The notes beneath the pieces are model-generated. The model was not told the origin of the DNA. It was given only the letters and a program-made list of their open reading frames with translations, and made no database searches. Of a stretch of 64,000 nucleotides of DNA, positions 36,841-50,584 are shown one piece after another. Location of the stretch: contig JAYWIR010000010.1 of NCBI GenBank assembly GCA_036172245.1, forward strand, positions 3,286,001 to 3,350,000, written 5' to 3'. The first letter of the stretch is position 1. The number at the start of each line of letters is the position of its first letter. A program made the translations under genes and the position numbers. Source of the stretch: Raillietiella orientalis (Eukaryota).

Positions 36841-39199
36841 GGACTAATTTTTTCTTCCAAAAAAGTCTTCCCTCTAATATGTTCTCTCTTTTGTCAGCAT
36901 TTGCATTTTGTTCCTTGTTTTCTTCTAGATTTTCTTCCTAGTTAGCCAATCTAACCTACGGATTCAGCATCTCGTCAGATCTTTAGCGACAGAACATGAT
37001 CTCAGTGATCATTGTGATGGTGATTCCCATGACATGAAGTAATTCAATATCGGCTATCACCTACAAGGTCCACAGATCCCTTCAACTGCATCAACGGCCT
37101 TCGTGAGACATTCCCAAATGATCTCAAAGAAAAAAAAAAAGGTGTTCACGGCATCCTCTCTGTGTCAATATCAATTTTATGAATGAAATTTTCATTTTTA
37201 TGCATCATAAATTTTAACTCTTCCTCCCGGTTCTAATGAAAGAGTGGAGTAAGTTTGGAGTGAACATCATGTGGGCATTTCAATTTCCATTGAGAAAATC
37301 CTCCATAATGCAAAAGTCCAAGCTTTTAAAATGTTTCTGGTCCTCCTTGCTTGGTAGCGTATCCGCTGTCGTGATAGCTGCAGCATCGTTGGTCCTACCA
37401 GAACGAAACTGAAGACGCCACCATGGTTACGTGGCATCGTCGAATCAAAACTGTCCTCCCCCACCTTTACTCGGGACGTCGCATAGATTTACTCGTCTTT
37501 CTGAGACCCATAGATGACAGTGTTGATCCGTTCCACCGCAACCACGAAAATTCATCCACCTGACTTTCATCTTTTCCGTTGGGCTATTCAGAAAAAAATT
37601 CAGAATGTAAGGTTTCTGCATCAGCAGATGCATACAGTGGATGATTGTCGGCGTTCTCCAAGGATTACTTCTTCGAATTCATACTCTTCTGCTATTGATG
37701 CATTAGAAGTAATCCAAGTCATCTGACTTCGTGTGGTTCTAAGAATTTGGCTGTTGGCTCTTTGCTACTCTCATTGGATTCCCTCCGTGTCAGGCAGCTG
37801 TCAAGAATTTTTCAAATCCCGAAGAGCAACCCAATAGATGATGTTACACTCAACACTACTGCAGATTCGTTGATTTAAGGACCAGACAGTGACGGATTCC
37901 AGCCCGTAACTTATGTGTGAGCTATAATTAGGATCCTTGAAAGTTCCTCGAAGTTCTTGTGTTCTGATTTGCCCATTTTGTGCCTCGGAGATTCCCTACG
38001 AGTTGCGAAACCGAAAGAACGTTCTTGCTTCCTGTCTCCAATTGGGCGACTGAAATTTTCCCCGTTTTGACAATGAAATAGAAGGCAGTGGAAAATAAAC
38101 ATGAAAGCCATGAGTCACTGCGAAAAATATATCTCGTGGGCATATGGAAGATTCTGCCTGAAAGGCAATGCAGGACAGAAACAGCAAACATAATTTCCTA
38201 ACAGAAATGGCGGATTTCAGAGTTCGCCGTGAGGGGCAGATTTATCTGGAGCGAGGTTTAAAGGGAGCAGCTTCCTTATTTATTGAAGATTTGTCTCTAT
38301 AAGTTACTACGATTAGAGAACCCAAGCTGTACTTCATTTAGATGACTGAATAAGGAGAAGAGTGAATGACGAAGACTGCGCTAACTACGTCCAAAAAACC
38401 ATCAGTCCTCATTCAGTATAAAGTGGCTTGCAGATGTTCTGGAGGGCCCAAACAAAAACAAAGGCGCTTCCAGGAAAAGCGATGCATTTATAAATTGGAA
38501 TAACGCAATTTTCCAAGAGATCAGGAAGAGGAACATCGTTTCTCGGTTCTCGGTATGCTCTTCGCTTCACCCCACCTGCAGCATCTGGAATACTCCTTCA
38601 TTTTTTGTATGTGTGTCCACTGGTGGTGCTTCGTGTGTGGAGAGAATTCAGTCGAAGTGTTCCACTGGATATCGGTCATCCCCCGTAGCGGTTTTTTGCA
38701 AATGCGACTCCAATTGCGAGGAACTTCCACTGGAACTTCAAGAGATTTGCATTATACGGATTCTGGAGCAGTTAGCGGTCTGGAAGCGAATTTGCAGCAA
38801 GCAAACGAGCCACATAGCACTGCTCGTATTCCAGATCTTCCAGACGATAGACACCTCCTCAGCCGTGGGGTCGCCTCATCCACACGCTCGGGTGGACCAA
38901 GTGCTGGTGTGGAAGTGCATTGTGGCTACTGTCCTACTTGGAAGTGCCGTGTGGTTGCTCCCAGCAGGTTACGCTAAGCGTCCACCGAGTGCTTCGACCA
39001 GTATGAGACGAGGTACGTATGCTGAAGATGAACCTGCATCCTGAGAACTCTAGTGAAACCATGCTGAGGGAAATTCTTCTGGGTTCTTCTGTTCCCGCTG
39101 CTTTCCTCCCAGGCTTTGGGTGAGACCTTGATGGAAACCAAATGCTCCCGCTCTGATGCCACATGCCCAGCTTCCAGCTTTTATTTCTTCTTGATTCTC

Positions 39200-39930
39200 A
39201 AGGGGTGCTGAAGAACTATTCACCCCCTAAAGGGAAGCTTACGAACCTCTTCAAACCCGTGGGTGAGTACAGCCCTTCAAGTTGGGAGGTCACCCAAGAG
39301 GGACCACCTCATGAATACAGGAAGGCTCCGCAAAAAGTAGTTCATTCCTCTTACGCTTGCGAGGGAACCTCGAAGGGAATCTCCTTCCTTATTCTCTCCG
39401 GAAGGAACTCAGGGAGGAAGCCACTCCTCATTTTCCTCCGAGGGGAACCCGGAGAGAATCCGCTCCTGGAATTTCTTCTCAGGATTCTCTGAAACCCGCA
39501 AGGGAACCGCTCCCTGTTTACTCCTCCGAAGAGTACCCCGAAGGGATGATTCCGACTTTTCTCTGAAGGGCGCTCCCGAAGGGAGCAGCGCGTTTCTCAA
39601 CACCCTGGAGAGGCAGCCCCTCCAGGGGGGGTATCAACCATCTCCATGATACGCGATGGAATATTCCCTCGAGGGGAAGGGGGGCTGCTCCAAAAGGGGA
39701 AACCTGAAGGAAGCTTCTGCTTGGTTCCTGAAAGGAACACTGCCAATCAACGGGGGCATCTGGTTCCTACCAGTGCCGCACCCGGAGCATGTAAGTCAAC
39801 CAGCGTCATCCTATGGGGAGATGGGGACTCGTCCATTTCTCTGGGTCCAGCCTCCATGTGGAGATTCAAACCTGCAATGCTTGGTACCACGCACGGAAAC
39901 AGTGGTCACACGACCACCAACGTGGTCCAT
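39200..39930 (-). repeat. Interspersed repeat copy 3 (hairpin-rich tail plus coding remnant)
   Basis: Shares CCTTATTCTCTCCGGAAG, GTTTACTCCTCCGAA, CTCTGAAGGGCGCT.CCGAAGGGAGC and CTTGGTACCACGC with copy 1. Minus strand reads FRAWYQALQV*ISTWRLD, versus LRAWYQELRVSIPMWRID in copy 1. Confidence 0.75.
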
Positions 39931-41999
39931 AACACGACTCTTTCTCATCCAGGAAACATTGCGCAGCCTGGAAACGTGGATTCAGCAGCAAACCCCTTTC
40001 TCAGAATTGAGCTCTGGAGCGGTAAGATCCATGCCGCTTACCAATTTGCGGAGCGGTATTCTCAAGATTTTCTGAAATCGGAGCCTCAAGAAAGACTCGA
40101 GAAAAAGTGCTTTCTCATCTTTTGGAAGAGGTAAACGGCCTGGAATGAAGAATGGGATCCCTAGAAAGGCAACTGTCTTTCTAAGGAAGTAGAAAGGGCA
40201 GTTCACATTGCCAACAGTGACTAACTTCAAAAAAGAGTAATTTTTACCAGGCGGAAGAAACTTGGGCGGGTGTATCGAATAGCGATAAAGATTTCGTGCT
40301 CAGATGTACAGATGCATTAATTGAAGTTAGCTTGTAAGTGAAGGTGAGGGATACAGTCAAGGTGTTAATTTTTCTAGAGATGTATGAGATCGTTCGAATG
40401 ATGTTTCCAATATGTTGCTCTGGGCTGTTCCGTTGATACCCAAAACCAAGGATGGGAAAGAAAGCAAACATCAAGGTGAGAGAATTTCCAAGCTTCCTGA
40501 TCATAGGCGAGGAAAGTGGACAGGAAGAACCATTCCTCAGGCTGGTTTTTCTGCTTGAAGATTCCCTCATATGCGCTGCGCCACAAGGAAACGCCTGGAA
40601 CACGCAGATGTTTCTTTGGGCGCCGTGCATGCTACAGAGTCGCACACATTTCAGAATTTGGGGGCCAAACGTAAAAATGGAATTTCACAAAGTTTTTCCG
40701 GGGAAGAAGCTTTCCTTTCATCCCTTCTCCCCTCTGCTTGACTTCTGCTGTCCCTCAGTGAGAAAGGACAACACGGAAGAAAATCTCAGACTGCTGCAAC
40801 TGCATTTGTGGATAAGTCTCTCGGGTAAAGGTGAGGGATGCAGGTGGAGGTGCTGATTTTCGCTGCTTAGCAGGAATATCCCAGAATTGGGCTTCGGAGC
40901 AAACAGAATTTTCGATTCCATTTCAGATTATCTTAGTGAAAGACCAGCCCAAGGAGATAATTGATCAAACATGAGGTGCGACGTAATTCTTTTCCGTTTT
41001 CCGTCTTAGAGGACTCATGCCCAGGAAGCTCAGCACTCTTGGGAAAATAATCTTTCGCAAGTAGGATAGCTGTTATTTGAGTATTTGATGCAAAGGCACA
41101 GCTGGCACATGGAAAGACGGATTTGGAATTTTCGGTACCTTCCCTCAACGTGGCCTCATGCTGGGGAAGGAAGCGTCGTCATTTTCATTCAGTTTTCGGC
41201 AACTTTTAACGGATGATGATGGCGCCTTCCCCCGTGTTCCAATCTTCTTCCAGCGCATGCTCTTTGTAAGCAATGAAGTGCTTTTTTAATGTGCTAAACA
41301 GTCACGTTATTCAAAAATCAAAATACAGCTTCAACCCCTCCCTAAGATAATGTTATCAATATTATATTACATAGCGAATTTCACGTATTGAGCATCATCA
41401 TCTCAAAAAAAACAGATTTGGTTGGTTGAATATTTTAAGCAAAACGATCTCCTTGAGAAGCAACGATTCATTGAACCAACCGGTTGTTAGGGACCGTAAC
41501 TCCGGTTTGCAGTCAACGAAACGCAAACTGCCAGTTGGTCAGGTAATCCGTGTTTGAGAATACTGATACAGGACACACTAAGGAACCAGAAACATCTCAG
41601 TCGCTTCCCATCTTTGCAGAGAAATCGCTTCTGCTGAGGGCTGGTGGCTACCCATACCACACACGGTCTGCTTCTGGTGATTGCATCGTATCAGCGTGTG
41701 GCAAACCCCCAGGCGATGCAAGGAACACAACGATTTGCAAGGGAAGCCCTGAGGGATGCGATCCAGACCTTCCCAGTCGCCATCTCGATCTAAGAAGCTT
41801 AGCACAAGCATCCAGCCACGAGCGATTCCAATCTTCGTGCTTCTACTTCTTTCGTGATATTCGTGATAAACGGTTGTAGAGGTGTTCCAGGACTCGGCAT
41901 TCTATTTGCGCCAGCTACCGCCACAGCCATTACCACAAAGCCCTCGCACTCAGCCGCTATCTCCCTGCAAATCATGGGCGTTGCTCGGAGAAATCGTGG

Positions 42000-44900
42000 A
42001 ACCCGGATGTTATTGCAGATCCGCCGCTACCATTACGTCGCAGCGCTTGGGCGACGACACGAACCCGGCTGTCCTCCAAGATCGACATCCCATCTCCGGA
42101 AGAAATGGCTCAGAAAAGCATTGCCAATAGTGTTTGACTTCTCAACGTAGAGACCTTCGCTGGAGGTGCTCCTTCCTGTGCAGATTTTTTGCCAACGTCT
42201 GCGTCTTTGCGTCGGTGGGAGACACCGCTGGGTTTGTTCGGCCTCACCTCTCGCGCCTTCCATCCCGAGGGTTCGTTCTTGCCGCGCGGTAGGACGGTAC
42301 CGGCTGCGGGGGGGACCGACGGTGGAGTTGAGGATACAGGCCAAAGTTTCTTTCTTTTCCTTTCCTGTTTGCATGCCATTCCTTGCCCGGAGCGGAGGAA
42401 CCGGGAGAAATCTGCACCCTGACCTCCCACTCCCTGCCCTCTTTTCCACCGGAAGCGCCGGCTTCTGGAACACTCCAGCGTGAGGGCTCGGTGGGTGGCC
42501 GGAGGCGGCGGATCCCGGAGGAAGCTTCGCAGATACTCGGAAAATGACGCCGGAATTTCAGGAGCGAAGAGAAGGAGATGACCTTCGTCAGTGGCAATCC
42601 GCATCCTATCGGCAAGCGCTAAAGGTTGCCAGGAGTACTGGCGGGAAGCAAGGGCTCTCTAAGAGGTACCGAGTCCGAAAACTAGGAAATTTCCTACCGA
42701 ATGGAAGGAGGGGGAAAGAGGATATGCCTGATCTCGTCCGCTAGCTAGGAACGTCGAGCTTTCTTCTCTCCAAAGCAAGGAGGCGGGCGCGTCAGATTCC
42801 TCGACTGCGCTCTTGAACGCCCGGACTTTCCCGAGCGTCCATCCTGAGTCAGGAAAAGCGGAGAGGGAACGGATCTTCTGGACATTGGCCACGTGGTTGA
42901 GCCACGCGGTGTCATCGCGTGTACGCCGCTCAGGACGAGGGATGAGGTAGGGAGGACGACCGTAGAGGATTTCTACTGTTTTTCTGTGACCCGCAGGTGC
43001 GTCCTGACGTCCTGGATGCTAGGGGTAGGGGTCACGAGAGTTCTTCCTGAACAATCGTATCCATGTGCAAGCTCCCTGCCCTCTCCTTCCGGCTACGTGT
43101 TGCCTTCTTCTCCCTTCCCATCTCTGAGGTAGACGTCACTCTCACTCCCTTGGGTCACGGCTGCCCTCGACGACAGACTCTTAACCAAGAGGAGCTTCCC
43201 CGGGAACGACCGGAGCTCCTCTTGATGCAGAATGATCGCAGCGCATTCACAAGGAAAGTCAGGAAGGTCACAAGTGGCTGCCTCACGACTACTGCCGTTA
43301 ATAGACTTCCCTGCCGGTCACCCTGGATATCTGCACCGGAGACGGAGGTCTCCCTGAAGTCAAGAGAAGTCTCCTCCCCTTCCCCTCCGAGAAGCAGCCC
43401 TGTGTCCTCTTTTTTTAAATGGCAAGAACGCATCCGCGGTGCTTTCTGCTTGTCGCAGTCACCCTCGCAGCTCCTACGCAGAACGCGCGTCCGTCCACCG
43501 GCGCCCCAGTGAATGCCGGAGGGTTTCTCTCCGCATGCCTCTCGAGAGAAGGTGTGGCCTTGCTGCGTCCCCTCAGCAGAAGGGTATGCTTTCCGCCAGT
43601 AGCAATTTTTTTTCCCAGCTTTCCGGGGACTCCAGTCAAGAGCCGCCTGCAGGCCGGAAGAGACTTCCTATCCCTGACCGGAGAGCGTTCCTTCCTACTT
43701 CCCTGGATTGCCATCTAAGGGCGTTGCCCCAAAACCGTTTCCGCGAAGGAGTCTGGAACCTCTAAGGATGTGTCCGCGGCGGCGACAGGGGGAGAGACGC
43801 CGAGAACACATCTTTCCGTACCATCCACCAGGAAAATCGCCCCTTCCCACCTTCGCGCTCCTCAGACGAGGACCCGCTCCCTGAGACGGATGTGCAAGCG
43901 CGCGCTACTCCTCCTGGGTCTCTTGACCGTCTTTTCTCTTGTTTCCACTCTGTTTCCTTGACAGAGAAGACGAAAAGAATCTTCGCCCCGAATCCTCCTC
44001 CCCTCCTCTCCGCGTTCATTCGGCTGTTTTACTCCCCTCCCGGTAGCCCTTTCACGCGAGAAGTACCCACACAGAGCTCCTTCTTCAGTGGCAGCAGCAG
44101 TTCTTCCTCAGGTACTCTTCCTTCCTTTATTTGCTTAAGCACCCTTTGGTGACGTTCCTCCCGTCCGAGGTCTTTCCGAACTGGTTTCCTGGGAGTGATC
44201 GCTCAAAAATCCGAGAGCTGCCCAAGGACCGACTCCTCGCCTCCGGGGCCGTCTGGGAGAGGATCCGAAGACGCGTCTGCAAGGCACGCGACGGCGGAGG
44301 CAGTGGCAGCAGCAGCAGCAGCGAAAGGAAGCAGGAGGAGCCGCCCCTCTAGCGACCAGCAGGCCGCTATCGTCTCCAGGCAACCACCTTCTGCAGGAAA
44401 GCAGCCATCCTTTTTTTTTTTTCCTTTGTTTTTGTTCTTCTCTTGTGGACGGGAGGAGGATGGGGAAAAACCACAGCATCCAGGGATCAGTGGGTGCCTG
44501 CAGGTCACGGGTCCTTGCGTGTACCCGGAAACCGAACCTCTGTGGGCCTTTCGTGTGCGAAAGCGAATGGGCGCGGGGAAATGGAGATTGCGCCCTCCCA
44601 ACTCCCTCATCTCCGCAACAACAGAGGCAGCACTGTGGTCAAGGTCGCCTGGAAGATCGGCTGCGCCTTCGGGAACTCAGGGCCACAGGGCGCTCTCCCG
44701 CGAGACTTACGGCGCTGGATGGCGGCCATCTTGTCTCCTGAAAAAAGAGGAAGGGCAGGTCAGGGTTCAAAGGAGGCAGTTTTTTTCACCTCGCGACCTT
44801 GGCGCCCGCATCGCTCCGCCCCTAACGCTTGCATCGCAGCGTAGGGAAAAAGATACTTCCGGGAAGAAAGCATGGAAGAGAACGGAGGCATCGTCCCCAT

Positions 44901-45480
44901 CGCCCGAAGGACGGGTGAGCCGGCGAAATAGCAGCTCTTCCCGGTCCCGACTGACTCAAGACGCTGGAAGGAGGAATGACAGACAGGTCCCTTGCGGCCC
45001 GCGATCTTCCTAGCGGAGTTTTTCGGGAGTGATCCTCTACCGAAGAACCTCTCATGGGAAATACGGCCCCTCCTGACGCTGGCGCGCGTATCCTTCTGAC
45101 TTCGACCGGCCCTGCATGCTGCCGGAAAACGAAGGTCGGGTAGAGGGATAAAGGCCGGGCGGATGGCTCTCTCTATTCGCGCCGTTTCCGACCGCAAGCA
45201 CCTCCCGCGGCTGGACGCCAGAAGCAGTTTCCTGGAAAGTCTCCCGACAAGACGCTCTGGAAGCGACTGCTCGAAAGGCATCGCTCTGAGAACTGAAACC
45301 AGCCGCGGAGCCATCGGTGCTGCCTTCGGGACAGTGGGCTGAGGGCACCGTGCTCGGGAGCTCACTTCCTGCTTTGCGGACCGTCCTCGAAAGCACCCTC
45401 GAAAAACAGCCGTCACATTCCGTGTAAGAGGAACACGAAACCATAGAAACTCTTCTCGTGTAAGAGGAGTATTCAAGCAC
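42000..45480 (-). mobile_element. Degenerate L1/Tx1-like element, 5' portion (ORF1 + APE + RT N-half)
   Basis: Collinear remnants: FPAPIRF...RGSVSGYTQGPVTCRH (Tx1 ORF1-like, ~44500-44600); KILFVFSVKETEW...GGVA (APE start, ~43900-44000); LLGGEGEETS (cf. LLDEEGQEHS); SDAPASLLWREE...QAYP (cf. ADAKLLAKLWAER...QTYA); LLLFAPEIPASFSEYLRSFL; GVGGQGADFS. Confidence 0.6.
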
Positions 45481-46371
45481 GGCTGCAGGATTGGAGACCC
45501 TGTCGTCCATTGGTTCCGGAATTCCTGAGCATGAAGAGGGTACGCAGATTCGTTTCATACACTTGTTTGTTTGAGAGGAAGAAGCTGGAAGCAACCATCA
45601 GCCGCCATGCCAGCTCTACAGCCCGCACGGTTCATCATGAGAGTTTGAATTCTTGACCAGCCGAATGCCAGTGTCTTTGAAGTGGTTTCCCTTGTGCCCA
45701 GTCGGAGATTCGTTCTTCCTGACGAAACAAAGATACCTTGAGGGAACTATAGTCTAAATCTAAGTAGGAAGTTCCCTACTGTAGTCTGATTGCTTTCAGC
45801 TCTCACTGAAGCCGTCATATTGAGCTTTCCTTTATTTTTACCTTTTGCCTCTTTCAGAGACGAAGACTTTTCTTGGTAAAGGGTGCAGATCTACACTGAT
45901 GATGCAGCCTGTGCGACAGACCAGAACGAATCAGCAGTAGCTGATTTTTCATAGTTAAGAAACCATCTGCACGTCGAGGAGGGATTCGTTTTGAGGATTT
46001 ATTCGATCTGCATCCACTTATCGCCTAGTGATGGAGAGATCACGAGATTGAAAACCCGAAAAATTCGGAGAATAATTCGGAAATTTTCAGGAGGAGATGT
46101 TCCTCCTGAAAATTTCAGGAGGAACATCAGAGAGCGAGAGAGCTGTTTTAGATAACTCGCTGCTGCGCCAGAAGTTTATTCAGCCAACCTGGGCAGCTTA
46201 CATTCTCATTCAGGGTTACGCGCGACGCCTACAAAACATCGCAAGATCATTTCAGGAATGGTCTTGGGGACAGTCAAGAAAAACGAGAGAGAGATCGAAT
46301 GTCCTTGAATTTGAATCCAAGACGAGACCTCGGCCACACTTCTCTTCCTTCCACACAACCGCTGATCTTAC

Positions 46372-46585
46372 CTTCTGATATGAATATGCTGATGGTGTCA
46401 GGTTTCGTGTGAGGAGCAGTGCAGGTGTAGTTGCCAGAGTCCTGGATGCCAGCTCTGTGGATCTTCAGATGGCTTTGAGTTTTCGGATACTGAGTTGTCT
46501 CGATTCGGACACGCTCCTTTTCCGACCCGTAGTGGATGATGTTTCCGTTGTGGTACCAGAACACGTGTTGCAATGGATGCAAGGA
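46372..46585 (-). CDS. Dpr/zig-8-like protein, internal exon (rest of Ig2)
   Basis: Encodes SLHPLQHVFWYHNGNIIHYGSEKERVRIETTQYPKTQSHLKIHRAGIQDSGNYTCTAPHTKPDTISIFISE(G), with Ig motifs VFWYHN and DSGNYTC. Acceptor ttttcctttcag|, donor |gtaaga; 214 nt, phase 0-1. Confidence 0.92.
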
Positions 46586-49500
46586 CTGAAAGGAAAACCC
46601 CTGGCATTCTCTTCCGGAATGAGGAGGATGGGCATCCGTCAGAAAATAGGGATCATGAAAACTTTGGCAAACATTTCTGAGGGAAAGCCTCTAAGGTGTT
46701 CATTTCTGTTTCAAACTTTGCGGCAACTTCCAGGCGAGAGAGAGACCGAGAGAATCGCACGGCACTCCTGGATGCGAAGTCTTCGCAGGTTTGTGAATTG
46801 GCAGAGCAAGAGATGGGAAAAGCAAGAGAAAATGAAGTCACAGAGGTTTCGACGAGATGGAACTTTCGCAGGAAGCAATCCCGACCGTCTCGCGCCGAAA
46901 TAACGGGAAGGATGCGATCCAACGTAAATTTGGAAATCTTTTCGTAATCGGTCGAGCAAAATGAAACTGTGGGAGCAGGAAAAGGCGTCACACAATATGG
47001 GAACAGCGTTGGAATTCTACGCAAGGAGCGTGGATGGAGGCTTCCTTGACAAAGCAATAAGAGCCAAAGCCTTAAAACTTGTGCCGTTCTTGAAAAAAGT
47101 CTCCCGATCTCCGGATTGGGGGCCGAGAATGACTTCTAATGGGTGAAGGACCAGAATAAAACTTTGTATTGCAATGCGTTCCATTATAGTAATCCAGATA
47201 TTAGTGTTCAAACAACTGTAAGCAAAAGGTCCATTATCTTTATTCTAATGTCGAAGTTATCTGACACATATGAACTCTTTTTTTTTCAAGATTCGACTCT
47301 CCGTATTCAAGCATGCAGAGTCTGAAGAGGTAGCTGGGCACCAATTCATAGATTACCCGTGACCTTCTCTGAGATCCTTCGAAGACGTCCATGGCACTTT
47401 TCCCATCAGCGAAAATTTCCCAGATAATTCGATCATTCCATTCCCCATATGACAGGGTTCGTGGTACAAGCATTGAATTTGAGCTCATGTTAAGGTCATT
47501 TGAACCTCAGGCAGTGGATTTCGAGGACAGACGAAAGTTGCAGCGTCACATTTGAAAAGATTCCTTATCTCTCCTTTTCCCAGAAGTGCGGGAATGAGGA
47601 AATATCTACAACACTGCAGATTGTACTCCGCTTTTGCGTTCGCAATGGCTTCTTCCGCATTCACACATGAACACTGTGTGATCCGTGCTCAATCTCTGCC
47701 GCAATGGCAGTTGCAGATTTTCACACTCGAGATTTCGTCTTCGTATGTCTGCTGTCGAACTCTGACACCTCACAAGGATGAGGTCCGGCATAGAACAAGG
47801 TGTCGAGATCGTGCGGCTGCTGGCAGACACTTTGGACGTAATCGAGTTTTTCCACGAACATTGGCTTTCAAAAAAAGTAGTTCGTCTCGTTCGTGCACCT
47901 GAAGCGAACTTGATGACCGGCACGGAATGGCTAAGGAACATGGAAATTTCACGTTTCTCAAGCTTTGCCTTTGTCCTCACTTCTGAGAGAACTCCTTTTG
48001 GAAACCAATCCTGCTTCAGGATCTTTTCCTGAACAATTGGAAAACTGTTGAGTTTCCCAAGGAAAAAAAGTCGGTCGAAGGAGAAGACCTGAGAAATTTC
48101 ATTACTCTGGACTCCCCCGATACCGCCTTGCCAGTGGACAAAGAGTGCACGGTCGGCACTTGAGCTACCCTGAGACCTGTGGACTTCCGTATAGGAAGCA
48201 AAATGTCCGAGGTTTACAAAATTACTGAACCAAAGATTTTCCTTCCGGAACCTGGTAGTTCTGGAGTTTCTTTTCCTTTTTTTTCTGTGTGTGTTTTAAA
48301 ATAGTATTTTCTCAGATGGCGTGTCGAAAAAACGGGAAAATGATCTTTAACCAAACAGGAGCTCCAATGGGAAAGCATTTCGATGTTATGAAAGAGGATA
48401 AAAGAGCAGTTTTTCAGAACCATGCACTCTTTGTTTCCTTCATTTCCAACTCTCGGCATCCTCTGAGAATTTTATCAAAATGAATGGGAAAGGCTTGTGG
48501 AAACAGCAAAGTACCCGACTAGTCCAGGTTTTATGAGGCATAGAAAGCACGAATTCTTTCGTATTTGTTCCGTGAGAAGACATACCGCAGCGTGCAGCAG
48601 TTTCCTGCAGAAACCAATATGGCGGACCGATATGAGATGGAGAGTTCTGTGAATTCATTCCGAAGTTTTCGGTAAAGATTATTTTTCATAAGTAAAGCCG
48701 GATAGCGAACCGGACTTCTTAAATGACCGCCATTTTGCTTCCGCGCCCTGCGGGGTATCAAGAAGTGTTTGAGTTCAGGAATTTCTAGATTAATTTTGGG
48801 TCTAAAACTTCACAATGACAGTTCCTGGATGAGGCCTCGTCGGATAGAGCTATTCGTTTGAGAGAATTTTTTTTGAGATTGTCTCTCTCTTTATCTCTGT
48901 CTATCTCTCTAGGAAACATGATTATTGTTTTAATTGAGTTGAAGTTCTCTCCGGGCACTCCACGATGAGAAGAGAAGGACTCCCCCACAAATACGAGACT
49001 TTGTATTGCTTTCCGAATTCAGCTTAGGTAGCGGATAAAAACTCCAGAGGTAGCTGTAAGCTTCCTCGAGGATACTGCAAGTGTACTTTCGGTATTTCTG
49101 GAGACAGAGGAAGCCACTTTTCACGTAAAAGAAATGAAAGAAAAAGAATGAAAAGATGGATGTTTCTAATAAGATAGACCTTTGCCTCCAGCCATCCCTC
49201 TTGTCCGGAAGCAAAAATCTCTCGAAGGATGCGAACGACCCATAAGCCAAACGTTCTCTGTTTCAAACTCGAGATGTCGATTCCAGAGATCAATATCGAT
49301 AGTTGTTTCGCTTCTTGGCTTCCGTAACAGAATTGATAGATAGTAGATAGTAGTTTCGACTGGTCTTTAATTCCTGGTTAGTGTTTCTATGGAAACACAG
49401 ACATACCAAGCTCGACGACGGTGGTGCATCACGACTTCTCACTACATATATGTATGAATAAAAAAGGTATTTCTGAAGACCACAGGATTCTTCTGGTTTT

Positions 49501-50584
49501 TTAGATGTAGTTCCGTGTGTTTTGCTGTCGGCGAATGAAAATTTACTTTTCCATTCTTCATCGTTCCCCAGGGTGATCTGGCATTAAGGTACTTTTGGTG
49601 TGGATCAGTCAGAAGAAGAGCCGCTGAAACTGATGTGGCATAAAATAAGAAGGAAACAGTAAAGGCACGTTCGCCGTCTGAGCCCATGTCCACACGAATC
49701 AATTTAGAAGATCCAACGCAGTAGTGATTTTAGAAAGAAACCAATGAGTCAAGAGAGGAAGGAATCTGTGAGAGCTTCTCTTCACTTTCAGCGCTACACA
49801 CAGTGCTGAATGAACAGCATTTCTGATTAGAACACCAAGGCCATTCCCTTGTCTTGGTATACGAAAATCATACTGGGATAATGCTGATGAAAAACCATGG
49901 GAAAATCGATCTTTACTTCATTTTTCGCCAATATTGAAGACTTTAGAGAAAACCTCTATCCACTTCCAAAATCAATTGTCCTCTGTTAGAACAAAGAATA
50001 CTTTTCTTGAGTCAGCGCTTCCGTGAATAGAGCGTGAAGCTTTCTTTATGCTCTTGTCAAGTTTATCTTGTTTTCAGCACCGGATCTAAACAGAGGGATA
50101 ATCTTCCGTTGACCGGACTGGTAGTTCGACTCCTTGTTTGCAAGGACCTGCAAACAAGAGTTTAGTGGGAAACACGGGGCTCTGTGTGAATGACGGATCC
50201 AGTACAGAGCATACAAGTGTATGAGTTTATATCAACGTCCCGAACTTTTTTCTAAATGGGATGGGTTCCCGCTGTCTTAGACCGTAAAAAAGGAGTTTCG
50301 AGGAGTTCCTTGCTTCAAAGAGTATGTGATCGAGGTTATCGAGGTCATCTTCGTTAAGAGTAAGGTAGGTCACAAACGCTGTAACGCTAAGATGAACTTC
50401 CTTAATCCTGTCCAAGCATAAGAATAATGATTACAAATGGTGGAATTTTCAACCATGTGGTCATTGGGGAAGCATGATTTTGAGCACAACTTCACCACCG
50501 AATGGACGCTGGACTCAACTGATGCAGGCCGAATCAAATTACCACGCTACTGCCTCCACAATTTAAAAAAGATAATTTGCTTAC

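Noticed and set aside
45052..45524. Phase-compatible acceptor giving GIPEPMDDRVSNPAAV..., a possible last Dpr-like exon
   Set aside because: Runs into the 5' end of the degenerate L1/Tx1-like element and has no hydrophobic GPI/TM tail.
47778..48032. ORF faintly like a Merlin transposase N-terminus
   Set aside because: Similarity too weak, and no catalytic domain follows.
49640..49720. VGSSKLIRVDMGSD, resembling a Dpr Ig2 start
   Set aside because: Lacks the following cysteine strand and splice sites; the real exon is at 50585-50719.
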